The notes beneath the pieces were generated by a model, which saw only the letters and a list, made by a program, of their open reading frames with translations, ran no database searches and was not told the DNA's origin. This document shows positions 8,967 to 17,401 of a DNA stretch of 32,000 bases, one piece after another (position 1 is the first letter of the stretch; every line of letters begins with the position of its first letter). The position numbers were made by a program, and so were the translations under genes. Source of the stretch: Candidatus Arthromitus sp. SFB-rat-Yit (GTDB taxonomy: Bacteria > Bacillota > Clostridia > Clostridiales > Clostridiaceae); contig NC_016012.1 of assembly GCF_000283555.1 (NCBI RefSeq), forward strand, positions 1,206,639-1,238,638, written 5' to 3'.

Positions 8967-10061
8967 TTAATCTCCAAATCCGATCCCCATACTCCTAGAT
9001 ATCTTTACTAACTCATGATCAGGATTAACAAATTTCTCATTTCCAATAACATCTTCAAGCTTTATATATGAAATTTCATCACCATTTAAGCAAACCATAT
9101 TTCCAAACTTTCCTTCATAAATAAGTCTAGCTGCTGCTGCTCCATACCTAGTTGACAAAACTCTATCATATGTTGAAGTGTTTCCTCCTCTTTGGATATG
9201 GCCAAGTATTGTTGATCTAACTTCTTGGTCAGATATTTTCTTCTCTAAGTCACTTGCGAGCTTGTTTGCTATTCCTCCAAATCTTATAGGATCTGGTGAA
9301 TCTTCAACAACTTTTGCAATAACAGTTTCTCCCGAAATAGACTTAGCACCTTCAGACACAACTATTAAAGTATATTTATACCCCTTAGCCTTTCTCTCAT
9401 TTATCTTTTCTATAATTTTATCCAAACTATAGGGTATCTCAGGTATTAAAATTATATGAGCATCACCGGCAATACCAGAATGAAGTGCAATCCATCCCGC
9501 ATTCCTTCCCATAACTTCTGCTATCAAAATTCTATGATGAGATTCAGCTGTTGTATGAAGTCTATCTAAACAATCAGTAACTATTCCTATTGCTGTATTA
9601 AAACCAAAAGTAAAATCCGTAGACCCTAAATCATTATCAATAGTCTTAGGAACCCCCACAACATTAACACCCTTTCGTGCGAAATCTCTTGCTGATGTTA
9701 AAGTTCCATCTCCACCAACTATAACTAAGGCATCTACATTTTCCTTTTTTATATTTTCGATGGCAACGTCCGAAACATCTTTTTTAACCTTTTGTCCATC
9801 TTCTTCTACTACATAATCAAAAAGATTATCTTTATTGGAACTCCAAAGTATAGTTCCACCTTTATGTAAGATATTATCAACTGCACTAATATCAAGGTTC
9901 ATATAATCATTATTGTACAAACCTCTATATCCAAACCTATACCCTATAACTTCATATCCATATTCTAATATAGCTGTTTTTGTTACTGCTCTTATAACTG
10001 CATTAAGACCTGGACAGTCTCCTCCACCTGTAAGTATCGCAATTTTCTTTATTTGATTCAT
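8967..10061 (-). CDS. pfkA: ATP-dependent 6-phosphofructokinase
   Basis: MNQIKKIAILTGGGDCPGLNAVIRA, GGDGT, PKTIDNDL and MGRNAGWIAL motifs. The true start is the ATG at 10059-10061, behind the RBS GGGAGGA. The 37 extra N-terminal codons in the track overlap uppP and look spurious. Confidence 0.9.
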   Translation of the reverse strand: MNQIKKIAILTGGGDCPGLNAVIRAVTKTAILEYGYEVIGYRFGYRGLYNNDYMNLDISAVDNILHKGGTILWSSNKDNLFDYVVEEDGQKVKKDVSDVAIENIKKENVDALVIVGGDGTLTSARDFARKGVNVVGVPKTIDNDLGSTDFTFGFNTAIGIVTDCLDRLHTTAESHHRILIAEVMGRNAGWIALHSGIAGDAHIILIPEIPYSLDKIIEKINERKAKGYKYTLIVVSEGAKSISGETVIAKVVEDSPDPIRFGGIANKLASDLEKKISDQEVRSTILGHIQRGGNTSTYDRVLSTRYGAAAARLIYEGKFGNMVCLNGDEISYIKLEDVIGNEKFVNPDHELVKISRSMGIGFGD

Positions 10062-10096
10062 AGTAATCCTCCCAATATCTGAGTACACTGAGATTA

Positions 10097-10125
10097 ATTG
10101 TAACATAAAACATAAAATGTGTAAA
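10097..10125 (-). promoter_or_regulatory. Sigma-A type promoter for pfkA
   Basis: Minus strand: TTTACA (10125-10120), a 17-nt spacer, then TACAAT (10102-10097) with a TGn extended -10. It lies about 35 nt upstream of the pfkA start. Confidence 0.55.
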
Positions 10126-10137
10126 TATGTTAACCCC

Positions 10138-10974
10138 TTATACTTTAATAATATTAAGATTAACAAGTACAATAAGAAGTATTGCTATTACTATCCTATA
10201 ATACGCAAAATATTTCATAGGATATTTTCTCAAAAATTTCATAAAAATATCAACAACTAAAAGTGCAACCAAAAATGCAACTAAAAATCCAACTATAAGT
10301 GCAATTCCATGAGAAAATGTAAAATTTGAATAATCCGTACCTAAAAGTTCATATGCTGATGCCCCAATCATAGTCGGTATTGCTAAAAAAAATGAAAATT
10401 CTGCTGCAAGCTTTGTTGAACATCCAAATATCCAAGCTCCAGATATAGTAGATGATGATCTACTCATTCCAGGACACAAAGATAAAACCTGAAAGCATCC
10501 AATTCCAAGTGCTTGTTTGAAATTTATGTTTTTTATATCACACGTTTGCTTGTCTACATTTTTAGTTGAGAAATACTTTTCAACAACTAAAAGTATAATT
10601 CCTCCAATAATGAGTCCAAGTGAAACACTAAATGTATTGAATAATTTAGCTTTAATTATATCATCTACTAAGACTCCAATAATTGCAGATGGTAAAAATG
10701 CTATAATTATATAAAACCACATCTTAAATCCATATTCTTTTAAGTGTATAATCGAATCTATAATTTTTTTTCTATACAAAACCATAATAGCAATGATTGC
10801 TCCTAATTGTATAACAATCTCATACATATGTGCAAAATTAACACCACTAGTTTCGACAAAGTTTATTATATCTCCTACAATTATCATGTGACCAGTCGAT
10901 GATACAGGCAAAAACTCAGTTATACCTTCAACAATTGCAATTATAACTGATTTTAATAATAACAAAACCTCCAA
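10138..10974 (-). CDS. uppP: Undecaprenyl-diphosphate phosphatase
   Basis: The signature EGITEFLPVSSTGHMII, PGMSRSSSTISG, and a polytopic membrane profile. I favour the TTG at 10972-10974 as the start (RBS AAAGGGGGA, 9 nt upstream; N-terminal length matches other UppP). The ATG at 11013 is possible but has almost no RBS spacing. Confidence 0.85.
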   Translation of the reverse strand: MEVLLLLKSVIIAIVEGITEFLPVSSTGHMIIVGDIINFVETSGVNFAHMYEIVIQLGAIIAIMVLYRKKIIDSIIHLKEYGFKMWFYIIIAFLPSAIIGVLVDDIIKAKLFNTFSVSLGLIIGGIILLVVEKYFSTKNVDKQTCDIKNINFKQALGIGCFQVLSLCPGMSRSSSTISGAWIFGCSTKLAAEFSFFLAIPTMIGASAYELLGTDYSNFTFSHGIALIVGFLVAFLVALLVVDIFMKFLRKYPMKYFAYYRIVIAILLIVLVNLNIIKV

Positions 10975-11045
10975 AATATTGTATCCCCCTTTTAAAATTA
11001 AGTTAAATATCATTACCTATATTAACATTTTATATTTTTAAATAC

Positions 11046-11080
11046 AAAAAAACTTTAGGAAAATAATTCCTAAAGTTTTT
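11046..11080 (-). terminator. Intrinsic terminator after the TPR gene
   Basis: AAACTTTAGGAA-AATAA-TTCCTAAAGTTT with T-runs on both sides, 8 nt downstream of the stop codon at 11088. Confidence 0.6.
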
Positions 11081-11087
11081 AATATTT

Positions 11088-12953
11088 TTAGTACAAATAA
11101 TCTAAAGTAGGTATTTCTTCGCTTAAAATTTCTCCAGTTGTACTATCATAAATAGCTTTGAGCTTAAAATAATTCTCACGTATTATAAACGCCTCATACT
11201 CACTGTAAGAATTATCTAATCCCTCATAAGCTGCTTCAATATTTGAAAATGCTCTCTGTATATTTTTCTCTATATTTGTATAATAAGCTCCTGCATTATT
11301 TAAATTTAAAATATCTTCTGGATTAAGCTCATAAGCTCTTCTTATACTATCTATACCAGGACCTTCTTCTCCCATATTCAAAAGAAGCAATCCATATGTT
11401 CTAACATAAATAGAATCCTCTTTTAGAGCTATCGCTTCCATTAATTTTTGTTTAGCCTCTTCATACTTTTTCAAATCTATATAAATTTTGGCTGCTTGAT
11501 ATCTAAGCCCAGACTCATATATAGAAATTTTATTTGAAAATTTAAGTATTTTAAGTGCACTTTCTATATCATTAAACTCATTTGTATATTTAAGTACAAA
11601 AATTTTATCAATATAAGTATTTAATATATCTAGTGATTTCATTTTACAATAAAAGTAATTCATATTTACAATTTTTTTCTGTCCAATAAGTACATTAAGT
11701 AATACCTTATAACTTAAAGCAAAATCACCATTTAATTTAATGCTCTGAGTTATTTCATTTAAAGATTCATTATAGTTCTCAAGCTCTAAGTTATGCTTTG
11801 CCAAAATATAATGAACATAAAAATTCTTATCTTTTATACTCCTTAATTCATTTAAAATGACGTTGGCTTCATCTAATCTATTTGCGTTTGTAAGTATCTC
11901 GAGTCTTATCCCATTTGATAGCATATTTGTATTATATTTTTTCGAAAACTCATAAACATCTTCAAGATTTAATTGAGTCCTATACACATCTTCTATATGT
12001 ATAATAGCACGAATAAATCGTATCTCTGGAGTTTCTCCAAAAGATTCTATAAAATAATTCACAGCATTATTTGCATTATTTATATCATAATACTTGATCA
12101 TATCTACAATAGATAAAACATTTATATTTTCAGGATCAATTTCAAATATCTTAACTAAAGCATTTAAAGTATTATCAAATCTATTAAATATAACACTTAG
12201 CTTACCATAACTAATCACATCATCTATATCTAAGACATTTGATAAATCTATCCCATTATAAATATATAGAGCATTCTCTGTATTACCTGTTAAAAGATTA
12301 TATACTATCTCCTTTTCTTTAAACCTTACCTCATGTCCTAAATTCTGGGCATTTTTATCTAAAATTTCTCTTGCTTCTTCTAGGTTTTCATATAAAAATA
12401 AACTATCTAAGAACTTGTACACATTTTTTTTATACTCATCTTGATTTCTTGCAATAACACTTTGAGATAACTTATTTTTTATTAAGGAAAGCTCTTCTTT
12501 TACCTGTGAAACATTATTGATAGAAGCAAGCATCGTTACAAGTTCTAAATGACTTTCCATAGAAATTGATGAATCATTTCTATATGCACTTATAAGTTTT
12601 TGAAAATCTCCACGTATTATATAATCCAAAGAATTATTTATTATCTCTTCCTCTTCTTTCTTACCCTCTATCTTATTTACCAAAAGTTCTATATTATTGT
12701 CAATAATACTATACGTTCCTGTAACGCTATAACTCACTACTAAAAACACTATACAACATGAAACAACAACCATGCGTTTAAAAAATTTATTTGATGGAAG
12801 TACTTTATAATTTTTGCGTATATCCTTCTCTCTCAAATAATTAATTATCTCATAAGGTGACATGCCCGTGAAGTCTACTTTCTTCTTTTTTCTCTTAACT
12901 ATCTTATCTAAGCGTTCAAAGTAAACTTCCCTACCTTTCAAATTTTTCTTCAT
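11088..12953 (-). CDS. Membrane-anchored TPR-repeat protein, unknown function
   Basis: The 621-aa product has a basic N-terminal segment, one TM helix (MVVVSCCIVFLVVSYSV), then about 540 aa of helical repeats. The C-terminal third has clear TPR-like units (e.g. AAKIYIDLKKYEEAKQKLMEAIALKED, IDSIRRAYELNPED). Confidence 0.65.
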   Translation of the reverse strand: MKKNLKGREVYFERLDKIVKRKKKKVDFTGMSPYEIINYLREKDIRKNYKVLPSNKFFKRMVVVSCCIVFLVVSYSVTGTYSIIDNNIELLVNKIEGKKEEEEIINNSLDYIIRGDFQKLISAYRNDSSISMESHLELVTMLASINNVSQVKEELSLIKNKLSQSVIARNQDEYKKNVYKFLDSLFLYENLEEAREILDKNAQNLGHEVRFKEKEIVYNLLTGNTENALYIYNGIDLSNVLDIDDVISYGKLSVIFNRFDNTLNALVKIFEIDPENINVLSIVDMIKYYDINNANNAVNYFIESFGETPEIRFIRAIIHIEDVYRTQLNLEDVYEFSKKYNTNMLSNGIRLEILTNANRLDEANVILNELRSIKDKNFYVHYILAKHNLELENYNESLNEITQSIKLNGDFALSYKVLLNVLIGQKKIVNMNYFYCKMKSLDILNTYIDKIFVLKYTNEFNDIESALKILKFSNKISIYESGLRYQAAKIYIDLKKYEEAKQKLMEAIALKEDSIYVRTYGLLLLNMGEEGPGIDSIRRAYELNPEDILNLNNAGAYYTNIEKNIQRAFSNIEAAYEGLDNSYSEYEAFIIRENYFKLKAIYDSTTGEILSEEIPTLDYLY

Positions 12954-13035
12954 AATTTAAAAAACCTCATTCAACTACATTTTTATTACTTAGTTTGATA
13001 ATACTAAATAAAAACTAATTACAAGGGGACTTAAA

Positions 13036-13935
13036 ATGAAATTTTTAATAAAATCATTACTTATCATCACGTTTTTAACAGGATTTTATCTTTGTACATA
13101 CGAAAATATTTTTTCCGAGTCCATACATCTTTTAACATTTTATTCTCAAAACTTTAAAGATTATATAAGTAACATTCTACTACAAAATAAAAATATTAAC
13201 AACACACTAGAGGAAACAAATACAAAATCACTATTAAACGAATACTTCATAACAATCTTTAATGAATGTCATATGAATGATAATTTTAAAGAAAACATCA
13301 ATTCTTCAAACTTTAAAATTTTAAACCTAAATAATGAAAAGGTTTCAAATATAGACAATATTTCAAATTTTTCTGGAAAAAACTTTTGCGTTTTAAATTC
13401 CCCTGAGGATTATGAAAATATTGAAAATTTTAAGATAAACAATCAAACTTATAAGCTATTTAATTACGATAATTATTCAATTTCCTATATTAATCCAAAA
13501 CTTTTAACAAATAAAGACTTATTAGATCTCTACAAATATTTAAGCGTATTTGAAAAAAATTTTTATACATCTGTTATCTTCTTAAATAAAAATGATGCAA
13601 AAGAAAAACTCATCTCTCAAATATTAAATAAATATAGAATAATTATAACTCTTGGAGATGAATTTGTAGTTAAAGATTTTAAAAACTTTCCATTAATAAC
13701 GCTCGGCAAATTAAACGATGTAAATCTCTTATATCAGATAAACCTCTTTATTTCGGATTATGCTATTAAAAAAATAAAAATAAAATTATTTCCAACAAAC
13801 GAGCACGGAATAACTCTTTCCCATGAAAAAATACAAGAAGTTTTAAATAATTTAATAGAAAATTCTGAATTAAAATTCCATATGAGCGAAAATGGTGACT
13901 ATATTTATAGTGAATATGATATACTTAAGAAATAA
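13036..13935 (+). CDS. Hypothetical exported or membrane-anchored protein
   Basis: RBS AAGGGGA and a hydrophobic N-terminus (LLIITFLTGFYLC). The protein is Asn-rich and I recognise no motif. It is the first gene of the murT-gatD operon, 29 nt upstream of murT. Confidence 0.5.
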   Translation: MKFLIKSLLIITFLTGFYLCTYENIFSESIHLLTFYSQNFKDYISNILLQNKNINNTLEETNTKSLLNEYFITIFNECHMNDNFKENINSSNFKILNLNNEKVSNIDNISNFSGKNFCVLNSPEDYENIENFKINNQTYKLFNYDNYSISYINPKLLTNKDLLDLYKYLSVFEKNFYTSVIFLNKNDAKEKLISQILNKYRIIITLGDEFVVKDFKNFPLITLGKLNDVNLLYQINLFISDYAIKKIKIKLFPTNEHGITLSHEKIQEVLNNLIENSELKFHMSENGDYIYSEYDILKK

Positions 13936-13964
13936 TTAATAAAAATTTTAGAGGTTAGAGTAAA

Positions 13965-15305
13965 ATGAAAAAAATACTATCAATTATAATAACAAAAATA
14001 GCTATTATAATTTTAAAATTAATGAAAAAAGGAAGCTCATTCCCCGGCAAAATCGCTCTAAAAATTTGTCCAGATATATTAAAACACGTATCTAAAAATG
14101 TAGATACAATTTTAATCACAGGAACAAATGGAAAAACAACAACAACTGCTCTAACAAATCACATATTTAACAATGCATTTATTAATTGTTTTTCAAATTC
14201 TACAGGGGCAAATATGTTACCTGGAATAGTCTCAACTTACATAAAAAACTATAGTTTATTTAATAAAAAAATTTCCAAGACAGCCTTAATAGAAGTAGAC
14301 GAAGCAAGTTTAAAACACATATGCAAATTCATAGAACCAAAAATAATTGCTGTTACAAATATTTTTCGGGATCAACTAGATCGTTATGGTGAAGTATATA
14401 CAACTCTAAACCATATAAAAGAAGGAATAAAGTTATGCAATAACTCAAAACTCATATTAAATGGAGATGAACCTCTTTTATGTTCTCTTAAAAAAGTATA
14501 TAACAGCAAATATTATTTTGGATTTGATAATTATAAAGACACTTCACATGACAAAAATTTAAACGTGGAGGCTATCAACTGTAAGTTTTGCGGATCACCA
14601 TATGAATATAAATTTGTAACTTATAATCATTTAGGAGATTTTAAATGTAGTAAATGTGATTTTAAAAGAGAGCAACTTGATTTTTCTATTGCAGATGTTT
14701 TAGAAAGCAATATAAATGAAAGCATTATAAAAATCAAGAATAATATACTCACAATAAACCAAGGAGGAATTTACAATATATATAACACTCTTTGTGCGTA
14801 TGCAATAAGTTCTGTTTGTAGCATACCTGATTATATTATTGTCGATTCCATAAAGACATTCTCAAATGTATTCGGTCGTCAAGAAACTTTCAAGATTAAA
14901 AATAAAAACATAACTATGTTTCTTGTAAAAAATCCTGCAGGATTCAACGAAACATTAAACACTATAAATTTAGATAAACAAAATGAATTATCCCTTGGAT
15001 TTTTGTTAAATGATAACTTCGCAGATGGTCAAGATATATCTTGGATATATGATGTAGACATCGAGATGATAAACGATTTTAAATTAAAAGATGTGTTTAC
15101 AGGTGGAATTCGAACGCATGACATGGCACTTAGGCTAAAACTTGGAGAAGTTCAAAACATAAATGTATTTGAAAAGTATGAAGAAATTTTGGAAAACTTA
15201 GAAAGCAAAGAAAACGAAACCATTTATATTCTTTGTAGTTATACTTGTATGCTTGAGTTTAGAAGATTTTTGTATGGAAAAAAGTACATAAATTCAATTT
15301 GGTAA
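13965..15305 (+). CDS. murT: Lipid II isoglutaminyl synthase, Mur-ligase-like subunit
   Basis: The Mur ligase P-loop ITGTNGKTTTT, the Cys4 ribbon CKFCGSPYEY...FKCSKCDF characteristic of MurT, and a C-terminal DUF1727-like part. It is immediately followed by gatD. Confidence 0.85.
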   Translation: MKKILSIIITKIAIIILKLMKKGSSFPGKIALKICPDILKHVSKNVDTILITGTNGKTTTTALTNHIFNNAFINCFSNSTGANMLPGIVSTYIKNYSLFNKKISKTALIEVDEASLKHICKFIEPKIIAVTNIFRDQLDRYGEVYTTLNHIKEGIKLCNNSKLILNGDEPLLCSLKKVYNSKYYFGFDNYKDTSHDKNLNVEAINCKFCGSPYEYKFVTYNHLGDFKCSKCDFKREQLDFSIADVLESNINESIIKIKNNILTINQGGIYNIYNTLCAYAISSVCSIPDYIIVDSIKTFSNVFGRQETFKIKNKNITMFLVKNPAGFNETLNTINLDKQNELSLGFLLNDNFADGQDISWIYDVDIEMINDFKLKDVFTGGIRTHDMALRLKLGEVQNINVFEKYEEILENLESKENETIYILCSYTCMLEFRRFLYGKKYINSIW

Positions 15306-15322
15306 ATTAGGAGAGTTTTAAT

Positions 15323-16048
15323 ATGGAAATAACAATACATCATTTCTACCCCAATTTATTAAATACATATGGTGATATTGGAAATATCTTAGCCTTAAAG
15401 AAAAGATGTAAAGATAGAAATATAGATGTTAATATAAATAACATCAAAATAGGAGATGATATTTCTTTAAATATCGGAGATATAGTATTTATTGGTGGTG
15501 GACAAGATTTTGAACAATCTCTCGTTGTAGATGATTTATTATCGAAAAAGGAAATATTGAAAAATTTTATAGAAGATAATGGATGCGTGCTTGCTATATG
15601 CGGTGGGTATCAACTTCTTGGAAAGAGTTATACAACTCAAAATGGAGATATCATAGAAGGACTTGATATATTAAATATTTACACAGTTGCCTCTGAAGTT
15701 CGCAAAACAGGTAATATCATAATAAAAAACGAGGAAACTGGGGAAACTTATGTAGGATTTGAGAATCATTCAGGAAACACATATATAAATGATCACACCC
15801 CACTTGGAAAATGCTTAATTGGTTTTGGAAACAATGGAGAAGATTCCTATGAAGGAGTTACATATAAAAATACAATATGTACATATATGCACGGTCCACT
15901 TCTTCCAAAAAATAGAGAACTAACAGATAGATTAATATCAAATTGTTTAAAATTAAAATATGAAGATTTCATAGAACTAGATGACATTGACTCTACATAT
16001 GAAGATAATTGCAAAAATTCTTTATTAAATAGATTTGACATAAAATAA
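15323..16048 (+). CDS. gatD: Lipid II isoglutaminyl synthase, glutaminase subunit (CobQ/GATase1-like)
   Basis: The nucleophile elbow ICGGYQLLG and a C-terminal HGP motif. Its size and its position after murT both fit GatD. Confidence 0.85.
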   Translation: MEITIHHFYPNLLNTYGDIGNILALKKRCKDRNIDVNINNIKIGDDISLNIGDIVFIGGGQDFEQSLVVDDLLSKKEILKNFIEDNGCVLAICGGYQLLGKSYTTQNGDIIEGLDILNIYTVASEVRKTGNIIIKNEETGETYVGFENHSGNTYINDHTPLGKCLIGFGNNGEDSYEGVTYKNTICTYMHGPLLPKNRELTDRLISNCLKLKYEDFIELDDIDSTYEDNCKNSLLNRFDIK

Positions 16049-16087
16049 TTTAAACTTAAAAATTTTAATATATTTGGAGTAATTTTC

Positions 16088-17335
16088 ATGAGAAGACTTA
16101 AGAGGAAATTTTTTATATTTATATTTACTATTTTTACAACAATTTTATATACAACAAATATTTCTCTAGCTACAACGCCCTATACTTACAAAATAACGCT
16201 CGAAGAAGATATACAGTTTGTACACGAAACAATAATAGACTACGATGGTAATGGAAACAATCAAGAAATAAATTACATCGAATTTGACTTAAACAACAAA
16301 AACATTTCATTATCACTTATTAAAGCAAATAACTTAACGGCATCAAAGGAAACTTTATTAAACCAATTAAATGCTTCTGAAAGTATAACAGGTAAAAACA
16401 TAATAGGAGGGATCAACGGAGATTTTTTTCAAATTTCAAATGGTCAACCACTTTTTACAACAATATCAAATGGTGAAATATTCTCTATAACAGGCGATCC
16501 TTCTGATTATTTAAAAAGACCTGTATTTTATATAGACAAATCTGGTAACTACGATTTTGATTATTTATATATAAATGGAACGCTTAAATTTCCAAAAAGT
16601 TCGTTTAAAAATTTAACTATAGACTCTATAAACAGGCTTGATTCATACAAACATACGAACATATCAAATTACAAAATTAATGAAGAGTCAACATACTACC
16701 CACATGAAGGCATACCTTCTAGATATATGTTAATAGAGCTTTTTAACAGTGATGGAAGTATCATTGCTGGAACAACAATATATGGAAAAGTAATTGATGT
16801 GGGGGAAATGAATGAACCTAAAGAAATTAGAAAGAATGAAATTTTAATTACTTCCTATGGGGATGATAATTATTATGATATAAATTACACATTTTTAAAT
16901 GAAATTGTTTCCTTAAATTTTGATATTTACTCTACTAATCAAGGTAAATTTAAAAATGATATTGTAAGTGCCTTCACGGGACACGAATATTTAATATTAT
17001 CCGGAGAAGAAATGAACATTAATTATTATAAAACCCTAGGTGATACGGCTTTTATTTCAGGGCGTCACGCAAGGACAGCTTTAGGCATAACAGATGATAA
17101 TAAACTAATATTATTTACAGTTGACAAATCAAATAATAGTGCAGGCATGACACTTTCTGAGCTAGCAAGATATTTAAAATATCTTCACGTAACTTCTGCG
17201 ATAAACTTAGATGGTGGAGGATCAACCTCAATAGTACTTGAAAATAATACATATGATTTAAACTTAATGAACGATCAAACAAAATATCAAAGAGAAATAA
17301 CAGATGGAATTGGAATAATAATAAATAAGGCGTAG
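16088..17335 (+). CDS. Secreted phosphodiester glycosidase family protein (NAGPA/DUF2233-like)
   Basis: Signal peptide (..TNISLA-TT). The blocks GGINGDFF, RTALGITDDNKLILFTVD and NLDGGGSTS are typical of the 'uncovering enzyme'-like phosphodiester glycosidase domain. Confidence 0.7.
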   Translation: MRRLKRKFFIFIFTIFTTILYTTNISLATTPYTYKITLEEDIQFVHETIIDYDGNGNNQEINYIEFDLNNKNISLSLIKANNLTASKETLLNQLNASESITGKNIIGGINGDFFQISNGQPLFTTISNGEIFSITGDPSDYLKRPVFYIDKSGNYDFDYLYINGTLKFPKSSFKNLTIDSINRLDSYKHTNISNYKINEESTYYPHEGIPSRYMLIELFNSDGSIIAGTTIYGKVIDVGEMNEPKEIRKNEILITSYGDDNYYDINYTFLNEIVSLNFDIYSTNQGKFKNDIVSAFTGHEYLILSGEEMNINYYKTLGDTAFISGRHARTALGITDDNKLILFTVDKSNNSAGMTLSELARYLKYLHVTSAINLDGGGSTSIVLENNTYDLNLMNDQTKYQREITDGIGIIINKA

Positions 17336-17360
17336 ATTTAATATCTACGCCTTTTATTAT
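17327..17360. terminator. Intrinsic terminator between convergent genes
   Basis: AAGGCGTAGAT-TTAAT-ATCTACGCCTT followed by TTTATTATTTT. It overlaps the stop codon at 17333-17335 and is usable from both directions. Confidence 0.7.
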
Positions 17361-17401
17361 TTTCGGTAAATCACATGTGTTAGATAAACTTTTTCAAAAT
17401 T

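Noticed and set aside
10062-10172. The 37-codon N-terminal extension of the pfkA ORF (MYLLILILLKYKG...).
   Set aside because: It overlaps the uppP 3' end, contains the promoter-like TTTACA-17-TACAAT, and precedes a perfect RBS plus ATG that gives the canonical PFK N-terminus.
1977-16089. Short antisense ORFs at 1977-2159, 5512-5742, 6076-6369, 7866-8207, 9178-9432, 10517-10714 and 15847-16089.
   Set aside because: Each lies fully inside, and opposite to, a gene with clear family motifs (birA, arginase, gdhA, pfkA, uppP, gatD). None has an RBS or a recognisable domain.
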